The position numbers and the translations under genes are program-made. The notes beneath the pieces are model-generated. The model was given only the letters and a program-made list of their open reading frames with translations, had not been told where the DNA came from and made no database searches. From Phycisphaerales bacterium (GTDB lineage: Bacteria > Planctomycetota > Phycisphaerae > Phycisphaerales > UBA1924), in assembly GCA_965227775.1 (NCBI GenBank), contig OZ245777.1:1216001-1280000 (forward strand): DNA of 64,000 nt. The letters are read 5' to 3'. Of this stretch, positions 1 through 9,044 are shown piece after piece. Position 1 is the stretch's first letter; each line of letters begins with the position of its first letter.

Positions 1-1002
1 CAGGTTCGCGTTGCCGTCGACCGGCTGACGGTGCACCTTGACGTCGAGGAAACGCTCGATGATCTCGGCGTTGGTTTCGGCGTGATTGGAGAGCCGACCG
101 GTCTTAAAGCTGCCGCCGCCTGCGAGCGCGAGCGGGAGCATCAACTGATCCGCGAGGTGACGCCAGACGGGAACGTCCGCCTTGATATATCGTTGGACGT
201 CCTTCGCGGCGTTGCCCGCCACCTTCTCGGCCGATACGCCGCGCTCGCCGAAGCCGGTGAAGACCTCGGTGATGCCCTCGCGCGTCAGCTCGATGGACAC
301 AACGTTGCCGGGGCCCATGTCCTCGGAGAGCTGTCGGATCTGGAGGCTCTCTTCGGGCCAGTCCAGGTTCTCAGCCAGCACGCCGATCTCGCGCGTGGCG
401 ATCGACGGTGGCAGGCCAGCGATCGTCGCCGTTGCGCGACGGGCCGTGATCGGCGTTGCATCGATGATCTCCAGCGGCTGGAGTTCTTCGGCCGGATTGA
501 TACCAACGCGAATCCGGCCGCCACCCGCGGGGAAGAAGCCGTAGCGCTCGAGGTCCAGGTCCACGGTGGGGCCCATGCGATTGATGAGCGGTAGAAAGGC
601 GCGCTGCAGGAAGTCCACGCTTGGCGCCTGCATGTTGTGCGTGCCACCCGTCAAGGTAATGTTGGATCGCTCGCGCGCCGTCATCAACGCCGGCAAGATC
701 GTCTGCAGTACCAGTGTTGTGCTGCCAGCCGTCCCGATGGAGAACGCGTAGTCGCCCCCGCGGATGTTCCCCGGCGTGAACTCAAGGCTCGTCGATCCGA
801 GCTCCGCACCGAAGACGCCGCCGGAACATGTGGCGCGCGCCGCCTCGACCGAAGTCAGATGCTGACGCATCAACCCCGGCTTCGGCCGCCCGGCGCGGAT
901 GTTCTCGATGCGGAACGGTTGGCCGGTGATCATGGACAACGAGAGCGAGGTGCGGAGCACCTGTCCGCCACCCTCGCCAAACGAGCCGTCGATCTGGATC
1001 AT
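1..1002 (-). CDS. rtcA: RNA 3'-terminal phosphate cyclase (3' end runs off the window)
   Basis: Not in the ORF track. Manual translation from ATG 1002 gives MIQIDGSFGEGGGQVLRTSLSLS...RAGRPKPGLMRQHL...GTAGSTTLVLQT...GGTHN...GFFPAGGG...HLADQLMLP, all RtcA motifs. The start overlaps the upstream stop (ATGA). Confidence 0.95.
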   Translation of the reverse strand, partial: MIQIDGSFGEGGGQVLRTSLSLSMITGQPFRIENIRAGRPKPGLMRQHLTSVEAARATCSGGVFGAELGSTSLEFTPGNIRGGDYAFSIGTAGSTTLVLQTILPALMTARERSNITLTGGTHNMQAPSVDFLQRAFLPLINRMGPTVDLDLERYGFFPAGGGRIRVGINPAEELQPLEIIDATPITARRATATIAGLPPSIATREIGVLAENLDWPEESLQIRQLSEDMGPGNVVSIELTREGITEVFTGFGERGVSAEKVAGNAAKDVQRYIKADVPVWRHLADQLMLPLALAGGGSFKTGRLSNHAETNAEIIERFLDVKVHRQPVDGNANL

Positions 1003-2276
1003 CTCCAGCCTCCTCGCATCCGCGGGCCCCGGCGCGTCCGGGCCCTCGTTCCCACCTGCGGCGTACCGACCTCTCGGCCCTGAGGTCGAGCCGCCTTACG
1101 TCGCCAATCCTGGCGCATGAGACGGTTGATCAGCATCGCCGAAGTGGGGCGCTCCATCGCCATCACTTCGTTCACGACGTCGTGCCGATTTGCCACGTGG
1201 GCAAAGAGGCGATCGACGTAGTCGGTCGCTGCATCTCGGTCGAGCAGCGGGACCTCCAGCTTGATGTCCGCCCGGCCCGGGCGGATGAGCGCCGGGTCGA
1301 GGCGGTCGACGTGGTTCGTGGACATGATCAGGACACGGCCGTTCTGCGGCGCGATCATGCCGTCGATGCAGTTCAGGAACCCGGAGAAGGTGATGCCGCT
1401 GGCTTCCTCGTTCTCCCGATCGCGGAAAGCGCAGTCGACGTCCTCGATCAGCACGATCGATTCGTCTCGCACGCCCTCGAAGGCACTGACGAGATCTTCG
1501 TCGGAGCGCATGTCGGCCAGAGGAATGATCGCGAGCCTGCGACTCAGCGTCGATGCGAGCGAGTGTGCGATGGACGTCTTGCCCGTGCCCGGCTGGCCGT
1601 GCAGCAAGATGCCGAGCCTCCACGGGATGCCCAGGCGCTCGTAGTCCTCACGGCTCTCCGAGAACTCTCGCACACGCGACTCCAAGCCCCCGAACAGGTT
1701 CTTGGGCAGGCACAGCGTGCTCGGGTCCCGTTTCGGCAACGACATGGTGTTGCTCGCGCCATACTTGTTGCACAGATCGACGAGCTGGCGATCGTCCATC
1801 ACGTTCGCCCGCGCCTTGGCGGCGTTGAGCATGCGTGCGAGATCCGCTTGCCTGCCGAACAGCACTTCCACCGTGATGATGAACCGGCGCACGAGGTCCT
1901 GTCCGCCCGAGGCGGATTCTTCTCGTCCGACGGAGATCTTGCACCAGCGTCCGCACACGCGGGCCCAGAAGTCGTCCGAACCCGCGGCAAATGCCGAGGT
2001 TGCGGCGCTCTCGTCGTAGTCGTCGGAGGTGGTGCGCACCTCGAGCGTCCTCGGCCCGCCGGGCCGAAATGCGCCATCGGTGAGCAGGCCCAGCCATGCG
2101 TCGTACAGCGGGTGATTCTCTCGCACCTCGATCACGCGCGTGCAGAAGCCACGACACGTGCGGAATGCCTTCCGCGGGAGTGCCCGGACCTGGTAGCCAA
2201 GCCAGCCGACGATCATGAGCGTCAGGCCGCCCTGAACAATCGGGGATTCTTGGATGATGTTCTCGATCCAATTCAT
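999..2276 (-). CDS. Bcs1-like membrane-anchored AAA+ ATPase
   Basis: N-terminal hydrophobic helix (GGLTLMIVGWLGYQV). AAA domain with Bcs1-clade signatures YERLGIPWRLGILLHGQPGTGKTS, IEDVDC, ITFSGFLNCIDG, STNHVDRLDPALIRPGRAD. Start placed at MNWIENII. Confidence 0.85.
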   Translation of the reverse strand: MNWIENIIQESPIVQGGLTLMIVGWLGYQVRALPRKAFRTCRGFCTRVIEVRENHPLYDAWLGLLTDGAFRPGGPRTLEVRTTSDDYDESAATSAFAAGSDDFWARVCGRWCKISVGREESASGGQDLVRRFIITVEVLFGRQADLARMLNAAKARANVMDDRQLVDLCNKYGASNTMSLPKRDPSTLCLPKNLFGGLESRVREFSESREDYERLGIPWRLGILLHGQPGTGKTSIAHSLASTLSRRLAIIPLADMRSDEDLVSAFEGVRDESIVLIEDVDCAFRDRENEEASGITFSGFLNCIDGMIAPQNGRVLIMSTNHVDRLDPALIRPGRADIKLEVPLLDRDAATDYVDRLFAHVANRHDVVNEVMAMERPTSAMLINRLMRQDWRRKAARPQGREVGTPQVGTRARTRRGPRMRGGWR

Positions 2277-2589
2277 GTCAACACACTGGTCGCGAGACGT
2301 GCCGATGTCTTGGCACGCCAGCAAATCATGGGCGAAGTTCCTGCCGCTAACACACCGTGTGCCAGCAAACCAAGCGAGCAATGTTGCTCACGCCGTATTC
2401 AGATTGTGGTGGATGTGCTCCACCGGCGTCGCCGGTGGAACGGCGACAGGTCAAAGAGGGTTGTAGTACTCGTGCTGCAAGGCATACCTCCTGTCGGGGG
2501 GCAATTATGTTTCGAACAATGCGTGAGTCAACCTTGGATTCCAAGAAACTCTGTTTTCTAACACAGCTTCGTGCATGTGAAGCCCACGC

Positions 2590-4080
2590 TCAGTCATCCG
2601 CCTTGTCACCGTCCTTAATCACGAACTTCGCTTCCAGACGCGCGACCTCGCTCGCCAGTCCCGCGAGCTCGACCGACGTCAAGACCTCATCGAAGTCCTT
2701 GTACGCAGCTGGCGCCTCGTCGATCGGGTAGTTGCGACAGTTGGTGAGGATGTCACGCTCGTTGAACGACGCGTTGATCTCAGCCTGGTCGAGCGTGCGC
2801 GATGCGGCCTTGCGACCCATCACGCGTCCGGCCCCATGGTTCACGCTGTAGCACGAAGCCTCGGCGCCCGGGTTGGCGACCATCACCGAAGAACCGGCTT
2901 GCGGGTTACCCGGCAGCAGGATCGGGTGACCGGTCGATTCGAACGGCGTGCCCTTGAGTGCGTGGTGGCCGGCGGGGAACGCGCGGGTCGCGCCCTTGCG
3001 GTGCACCCAGTGCGGCTTGTTGTCCACGATCTCCTCTCGCGCGATGTTGTGGCTGATGAAGTACACCAGCCGTCCCTCGATGCCGGGCAGGACCTCCTGG
3101 AACGCTTCGAGCACCAACGCGTTGATCAACAGGTGGTTGAGCGTCGCGAAGTTCGCGCCGATCGCCATGTCGTCGAGGTACGCGTTGGCCTCGTCGCTTC
3201 CGAGCGGCGCGTGCACCAGCTGGCGATCTCCACCCGGCAGCGGGATGCCCCACTTGGTGAAGTGCTCTTCGAGAGCCTTGAACTGGCCCGCCGCCATGTC
3301 GTGGCCGAGGCCGCGGGAGCCGCAGTGCGACAGGAACGCAACTCCGCCGTCGCGCAGCCCGAACACCTCGGCCGCCTCGCGAGCGCGATCGTCCTCGCGC
3401 AGGCGGACCACCTCGCACTCTCCGAAGTGGTTGCCGCCGCCGTACGAGCCGAGCTGGCGGATCTTCTTAGGGAAGCGCTCGTAGAAGCGAGTGTTCTTCT
3501 TGTGCAGTTCGAGACGGGCGCGCAGGGCATCGGCCGTGCCATCGTGGCCCGCGTGCACGCTGTCCTCGCAGCGATCGGCCCACCCGGGCGGGATGCCGAG
3601 CTCGGTGCAGATCTCCTCGGTCGCGCCTTCGGTCACGATGCGCGTGCCGAGCTCGTGCGACACGCTGCGCGACTTCGCCACGCTGCGCTGGCCGCGCCCC
3701 GTTCCCGTCGGCGTGCGCTCGCAGATGGCGTTGATGATGGCGCGACGGGTGCGCGCGTCGCGCACCGCATCCTCATCGATGTCCAGCGCGAGCAGGCTCA
3801 TCGAGCACTTGATGTCCACGCCCACCGGGCCCGGATACACGTGCGACGGGCTTGCCATCACGCACCCGACAGGCGTGCCGTAGCCGACGTGGGCGTCGGG
3901 GTTGAGCACCAACTGGGTCACGCCCGGCGCCATGGCCGAGTTGATCGCCTGGCGGATGCAGCCCTGGTCGAACGTCTCGCGGATCGCCGCCGTGCCGATG
4001 ACGGTCACGGGCTTCTGGTCGTTAGGCAGGGGCAGGATCGCGGTCGCTTCGCCGGTCTCGTGGAAGGTCTGGTCGCTCAT
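2590..4080 (-). CDS. rtcB: RNA ligase RtcB (copy 1)
   Basis: Motifs PDAHVGYG, VGVDIKC, GGGNHF, SHCGSRG, SHN, HRKGATRA, HGAGR, DEAPAAYK. Start at MSDQTF (ATG 4080). Confidence 0.93.
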   Translation of the reverse strand: MSDQTFHETGEATAILPLPNDQKPVTVIGTAAIRETFDQGCIRQAINSAMAPGVTQLVLNPDAHVGYGTPVGCVMASPSHVYPGPVGVDIKCSMSLLALDIDEDAVRDARTRRAIINAICERTPTGTGRGQRSVAKSRSVSHELGTRIVTEGATEEICTELGIPPGWADRCEDSVHAGHDGTADALRARLELHKKNTRFYERFPKKIRQLGSYGGGNHFGECEVVRLREDDRAREAAEVFGLRDGGVAFLSHCGSRGLGHDMAAGQFKALEEHFTKWGIPLPGGDRQLVHAPLGSDEANAYLDDMAIGANFATLNHLLINALVLEAFQEVLPGIEGRLVYFISHNIAREEIVDNKPHWVHRKGATRAFPAGHHALKGTPFESTGHPILLPGNPQAGSSVMVANPGAEASCYSVNHGAGRVMGRKAASRTLDQAEINASFNERDILTNCRNYPIDEAPAAYKDFDEVLTSVELAGLASEVARLEAKFVIKDGDKADD

Positions 4081-4207
4081 GGTTGGTTCCCATCCCGCTT
4101 TCGGTGCGGCTGGATCGATTGGCTTTGGCCCCGAGGCCCCCGGCCCGATTGCCGGGGGCCCCCGCTCTCCGGCGGCTGGCAAGAGGTACCAGCCGCACTC
4201 GGGGCAT

Positions 4208-4223
4208 TGCACTGGGCGTGCCA
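4208..4223 (-). promoter_or_regulatory. sigma54 (-24/-12) promoter of the rtcB-ATPase-rtcA operon
   Basis: Minus strand reads TGGCACGCCCAGTGCA (GG-N10-GC), upstream of rtcB and divergent from the sigma54 activator rtcR. Confidence 0.85.
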
Positions 4224-4340
4224 GAACCGATCGCGGGGCCAAAAACCGGCCTGAGAGCGCCCCAGGCCGGTTTGGCTCGATCTGCGCGATCAATGAGACG
4301 ATCCAATACGATCGTGATTTATCCAAAGGTATCATCATCG

Positions 4341-5951
4341 ATGAGCGAAGCGAGACCTCTCGTCGTGATTGGGCTTCTGGGCACCTCGCTCGACGTGGGC
4401 AAGGGCCCGAAGCGGTGGGAGCGATGGCGGCCGACCATCTCCTTGTGCCAGCACGAAGATCTGGTCGTCGATCGCTTCGAGCTTTTGCACGCCGCCCGGG
4501 CGAGTTCCCTGGCTGATGCGGTGCAGCGCGACATCGAGATGGTCTCGCCCGAGACCACCGTCGTCCGCCACACCGTCGATACCGACGACCCGTGGGACTT
4601 CGAAAAGGTCTACGGCTCGCTGCACGACTTCGCGGCGGCGTACCCCTTCGACACCGATCGCGAGGACTACCTCGTCCACATCACGACCGGCACGCACGTC
4701 GCCCAGATCTGCAACTACCTGCTGACCGAAGCCCGGTACTTCCCGGCGCGGCTGGTCCAGACCAGTCCGCCCCGCGGGAACAAGGGGCGGACAGGCGACA
4801 GCCCAGGTCGGTTCAGCATCATCGATCTCGATCTCTCGAAGTACGACCGGCTGGCATCACGCTTCGAGCGCGAGCACACGGACGCGATCGCCTCGCTCAA
4901 GGGAGGCATCGAGACCAGGAATCCCGCGTTCAACAGGCTCATCGAGCTGATCGAGCACGTGGCGGCCCGCTCGACCGATCCGCTACTGCTGACCGGGCCA
5001 ACAGGCGCCGGCAAGACGCGGCTTGCCGGACGCATCTACGAGCTGCGCAAGCACCGACGCCTGGTCGATGCCGATCTCGTCCAGGTGAATTGCGCGACGC
5101 TGCGCGGCGATGGCGCGATGTCGACGCTCTTCGGCCACAAGAAGGGGGCGTTCACCGGCGCCGCCTCGGATCGCACGGGGCTGCTCCGCATGGCAAACCG
5201 GGGCATGATCTTCCTCGACGAGATCGGTGAGCTGGGAATGGACGAGCAGGCCATGCTGCTCCGTGCGGTGGAGGACCATCGGTTCCTGCCGCTCGGCGCC
5301 GACGCCGAGATCGAGAGCGAATTCCAGTTGCTCGCGGGCACCAATCGAGATCTCCAGCAGGCCGTCCGCGAGGGGCGATTTCGCGAGGATCTGCTCGCCA
5401 GGATCAACCTCTGGACGTTCGAGCTGCCCGCACTCAGGGACCGACCGGAGGACATCGGCCCGAACATCGAGTACGAGCTCGACCGATTCGCGCGAGAGCG
5501 GGGCCAGCTCGTGCGCTTCAGCACCGAGGCGCACGAGCGATTCCTCGTGTTTGCCACCTCGCCCGAAGGCCTTTGGAACGGTAACTTTCGCGATCTCACG
5601 GCAGCGATCACGCGGATGTCGACGCTCGCACCCGGCGGGCGGATCACGACGGAGGTGGTCGAGCAGGAGTGCGCCCGGCTCGCCGCGTCGTGGGGCTCCG
5701 GCGACCGTGGTTCGCAGTCTGCTCTCACTGAGCTCCCACTCAAGCCTGCCCTGCCTGAGATCGATCTCTTTGATCGCGTCCAGCTCGAGTCTGTGGTCGA
5801 GGTGTGCCGCAAGTCGAAGTCGCTGTCCGAGGCTGGCCGCACCCTCTTCGCGGCCTCTCGAACCCGCCGGACGAGCGTGAACGACTCCGACCGGGTCCGC
5901 AAGTACCTCGCCAAGTTTGGGCTCGATTGGGAAACGGTGAATTCCGCGTGA
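4341..5951 (+). CDS. rtcR: RNA repair transcriptional activator RtcR (CARF-like N-terminus, sigma54 AAA+, HTH)
   Basis: N-terminus VIGLLGTSLD..RWERWRPTISLCQH, VHITTGTHVAQIC; Walker A GPTGAGKT; GAFTGA; FLDEIG; C-terminal NDSDRVRKYLAKFGL. Confidence 0.95.
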   Translation: MSEARPLVVIGLLGTSLDVGKGPKRWERWRPTISLCQHEDLVVDRFELLHAARASSLADAVQRDIEMVSPETTVVRHTVDTDDPWDFEKVYGSLHDFAAAYPFDTDREDYLVHITTGTHVAQICNYLLTEARYFPARLVQTSPPRGNKGRTGDSPGRFSIIDLDLSKYDRLASRFEREHTDAIASLKGGIETRNPAFNRLIELIEHVAARSTDPLLLTGPTGAGKTRLAGRIYELRKHRRLVDADLVQVNCATLRGDGAMSTLFGHKKGAFTGAASDRTGLLRMANRGMIFLDEIGELGMDEQAMLLRAVEDHRFLPLGADAEIESEFQLLAGTNRDLQQAVREGRFREDLLARINLWTFELPALRDRPEDIGPNIEYELDRFARERGQLVRFSTEAHERFLVFATSPEGLWNGNFRDLTAAITRMSTLAPGGRITTEVVEQECARLAASWGSGDRGSQSALTELPLKPALPEIDLFDRVQLESVVEVCRKSKSLSEAGRTLFAASRTRRTSVNDSDRVRKYLAKFGLDWETVNSA

Positions 5952-6168
5952 GCCAGCTCGTGCGAAGCAAGCGGGCGGTCCGTGCAATGTGGTCCGCTGA
6001 TTGACGGAGCCGGGGCGGCTAACGCGGTCGGCAGTCGCAACGTATGGGAGCCGATGCGGTAGCGGTGTGGGCCTGCCCATCACTGCGAGAAGGGCTCAGC
6101 CAGCCCGAGGCGATGCGCGGTAGACTTCGAAGCGACCGACCCCGTTCTGCCACGAGAGAGGCCGATCC

Positions 6169-7503
6169 GTGACGTCTTGGACCCGAGAACAGGTGCTTGG
6201 GCTCGCCCCCGATGCCGCCTCGGCCAAGGCCGGCACGGGGCTCGCGTCGGCGTCGCGCTGGCCGTTGCTCGGCCGCACGGATACGGCGGCCTGGGGGCAC
6301 TGCCAGGGCAGCGGGAAGAAGCCATACCTGACGCGTGTGGATCTGACCGAACCGGCGTTCAAGTGCTCGTGCCCAAGCCGCAAGTTCCCGTGCAAGCACG
6401 CGCTCGGGCTCATGCTGCTGCTGTCGCAAGACCAGATCCCAGCGGCTGACGCCCCCCCTGATTGGGTGAGCGAGTGGCTCGACTCTCGGCATGAGCGACA
6501 GCAGCGCAAGGCGGCTCGTGCCGAGACCGATGCAAAGAGGGAGGCCGACCCCGAAGCTCGCGCCAAGCGGGCGGCCAAGCGTGAGCAGCGGGTTTCCGAC
6601 GGCCTTGCGATTGCAGAGCAGTGGACGCTCGACTTCATCGAGGAGGGCCTCGCCGCAGCGCGCGAGCGCCCCCTTGCCGCGTGGGAACAGGTCGCGAGCC
6701 AGCTCGTCGATGCCCAGTGTCCCGGGCTCGCGACCATGGTGCGCCGCACCGCCAATGCATGTGTCAGCGGGGATCGATGGCAGTACCGCACGCTCGACGA
6801 GGTCTCGCGTCTCTTCCTTGCCATCCAGGGCGTGAAGCGGCTGGGCGAGCTGCCCCGGAGCTTGCAAGCGGAAGTGCGCACGCAGATCGGTTTTGTGACT
6901 CCGAAGGAAGACGTGCTCCGCGATAGCCCCCGGGTGCACGATACCTGGGTGGTTGCGGGCCGGGCATACTCCGATGCCGGCAAGGTAAAGGCGCAGCGCA
7001 CCTGGCTGTGGGGCATCGAGACCAGGCGCCCGGCACTCATCCTGGATTTTGCCGCGGGCAGCGCGGTGCTGGACGCATCACTGGTTCCGGGGATGCGCTT
7101 CGAGGGCGACTGTTCGTTCTACCCCGGGTCGCCAGAGCTCCGTGCACTCGTCGCCGATCGCGGTCCGACGATCCCCGGTGGCCTGCCCGAAGAGGGCATG
7201 AGCCTCTCGTCTGGGGTCGAGGGCGCCGCCCAGCTGATGGGCCAGGGACCGTGGGTCGATAGAGCGCCGTTCCTCGCGACGGGCGTTGTTCCGGCCCGGC
7301 TCGGCGAAGGCTGGTGCCTCCAGGACGGTGATGGCGGCCTCGTGCGCCTCGACGCCGCCGAACACTCGGTCTGGACGTTGCTCGCACTCTCGGGCGGATA
7401 TCCCGTGAGCGTCTTCGGTGAGTGGAGCGAGGGCGTGCTGACCCCCTTGGCCGCACAGCAGCGCGATCGGTTCACCGTCTTTACGAACCAGGAAGCCGCA
7501 TGA
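6169..7503 (+). CDS. SWIM zinc-finger domain protein
   Basis: LAPDAASAKAG, CQGSGKKPY and the SWIM motif CSCPSRKFPCKH. GTG start with a GAGAGAGG ribosome-binding site. Confidence 0.88.
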   Translation: MTSWTREQVLGLAPDAASAKAGTGLASASRWPLLGRTDTAAWGHCQGSGKKPYLTRVDLTEPAFKCSCPSRKFPCKHALGLMLLLSQDQIPAADAPPDWVSEWLDSRHERQQRKAARAETDAKREADPEARAKRAAKREQRVSDGLAIAEQWTLDFIEEGLAAARERPLAAWEQVASQLVDAQCPGLATMVRRTANACVSGDRWQYRTLDEVSRLFLAIQGVKRLGELPRSLQAEVRTQIGFVTPKEDVLRDSPRVHDTWVVAGRAYSDAGKVKAQRTWLWGIETRRPALILDFAAGSAVLDASLVPGMRFEGDCSFYPGSPELRALVADRGPTIPGGLPEEGMSLSSGVEGAAQLMGQGPWVDRAPFLATGVVPARLGEGWCLQDGDGGLVRLDAAEHSVWTLLALSGGYPVSVFGEWSEGVLTPLAAQQRDRFTVFTNQEAA

Positions 7504-9044
7504 GCGAGCCCGCCTCCACGCTCGCTGCCGCTGCCGTACTCGGCGCGCAACGTGCTGGACACGTGGATCTCAGCGCGATGCCCGATTGTGTCCGTGCGGT
7601 CGGCGATGCATCGCAGGGTGGTGCGGCTCTGCTTGCGACGGCGACCGCTCTTCGGCAGTACACCCGGGCCGGTGCGGTCGCAGAAGAATCGTCGGCACAG
7701 GTTCTGGATGCGAGCGAGCCGGATCGCCAGTTCGATGAGACCGGATTGCTCAATGTCGTGCTCGCCGAGCAACCGGCGCTATTGCCCGAGGCATGCACGC
7801 TGATGGCGCGCCTGGGCCTCGTTGCGACACCGGCGTTGCTGCCAAGGCTGCTCGCCCACGGCCGCCGACATCGCGATGTCCGACGAGACCTTGGCCCGAT
7901 CCTTGGTGCGCGGGGACGGTGGCTTGCGTCGCTGAACCCAGAATGGTCGTATGCGCTCGATAGCGCGGCGGGCACCAAGGCATCGCTGAAACCAGACGCG
8001 TGGGAGTACGGCGAACGCGGAGAGCGGCTGGCATACCTGACGTCCCTGCGAGAGCAGGATCCTCCTGCGGGTCGAGAGTTACTGGAAGACTCCTGGGACA
8101 GCGAGCAGCCCGACGATCGTGTCCGGTTGATCGCAGCGCTCGAAACCGGCTTGTCCACAGCGGATGAGCCCCTGCTCGAGCGCGGCCTGCGAGATTCGCG
8201 CAAGCACGTCCGTGAGACCGCCGCTCGGTTGCTCGCGTGTCTCCCCGCTACCGAGTTCTCTCAGAGGATGGCCGAGCGCGTGCTCTCGTGGGTGAGCATC
8301 TCGGTTGGCAAGCGTGGCAAGGTCTCGCTCGATGCCGCACCGCCCGATAGCGTGGATGCGGCAATGAAGCGCGATGGCCTGTCGATCGCAGCCTTGGAGA
8401 GTCTCTCGAAGGTTAAGATGATGGGGCCCAACGAGTCGTTGCTATCCCGCGCCGTCGCGCTCGCTCCTTTGGAGATCTGGACCGAGTCGAGTGGCCAGAC
8501 GTGCGAGAAGCTCGTGCACGCCGCGACAGAATCGGACTGGTCCGGCGGCATGCTGCGGGGCTGGGTTTTTGCCGCCGCACGGGAATTGGACAGCTCGTGG
8601 GCCACCGCATTGCTCGGCGCGATGAACCAACGCCAGCACATGCTGCTCTTGCGCATGGGACTCCTCCAGGCATTGCTTCGAAGCATGGACGAAAGGGCAC
8701 TCGAAGCTCACATCGTGAATGTGCAGAAGAAGTCGTCGTTGTCATCGATCTCGGAGATCATCGAGGCCTTACCTACGCCGTGGGGCGCACGAATCTCGAA
8801 GCGGATTGTTGCAGCCATTAGCACGGAGCTGCGTGATGGCAAGGGTCAGGATTGGGCGTACGGATCGTCGGCGCGGCTCTTGGATGCGAGCATCGCCGTG
8901 CATGTCCACGCCGAGGCGGTGCCCCTCTTGCGAAAGGGGCTTGAAGGGCTCGTCAGGAGTGAGCACGCACGAAACGTGGCTACGAATGCAATGCGAGTGA
9001 TCGAGCTGCGCGAGCGCATGCGCAAGGAGTGGAGACATGGGTGA
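7500..9044 (+). CDS. DUF5691-like helical-repeat protein
   Basis: LGARGRWLASLNPEW, DEPLLERGLRDSRKHVRETAARLL. ATG 7500 overlaps the SWIM gene stop (ATGA). Confidence 0.8.
   Translation: MSEPASTLAAAAVLGAQRAGHVDLSAMPDCVRAVGDASQGGAALLATATALRQYTRAGAVAEESSAQVLDASEPDRQFDETGLLNVVLAEQPALLPEACTLMARLGLVATPALLPRLLAHGRRHRDVRRDLGPILGARGRWLASLNPEWSYALDSAAGTKASLKPDAWEYGERGERLAYLTSLREQDPPAGRELLEDSWDSEQPDDRVRLIAALETGLSTADEPLLERGLRDSRKHVRETAARLLACLPATEFSQRMAERVLSWVSISVGKRGKVSLDAAPPDSVDAAMKRDGLSIAALESLSKVKMMGPNESLLSRAVALAPLEIWTESSGQTCEKLVHAATESDWSGGMLRGWVFAAARELDSSWATALLGAMNQRQHMLLLRMGLLQALLRSMDERALEAHIVNVQKKSSLSSISEIIEALPTPWGARISKRIVAAISTELRDGKGQDWAYGSSARLLDASIAVHVHAEAVPLLRKGLEGLVRSEHARNVATNAMRVIELRERMRKEWRHG

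Noticed and set aside
2349..2364. TGGCAC on the minus strand as a second sigma54 promoter before the Bcs1-like gene
   Set aside because: No GC at the -12 position (reads GG-N10-GT).
4083..4340. N-terminal extensions of rtcR and rtcB given by the ORF track
   Set aside because: They overlap each other and the promoter region; the family N-termini begin at 4341 and 4080.
5952..6168. YrlA-type tRNA-like Y RNA
   Set aside because: No intact GGTTCGAnTCC T-arm or AGCTCAG..GGTAGAGC D-arm; kept only as a weak generic structure.
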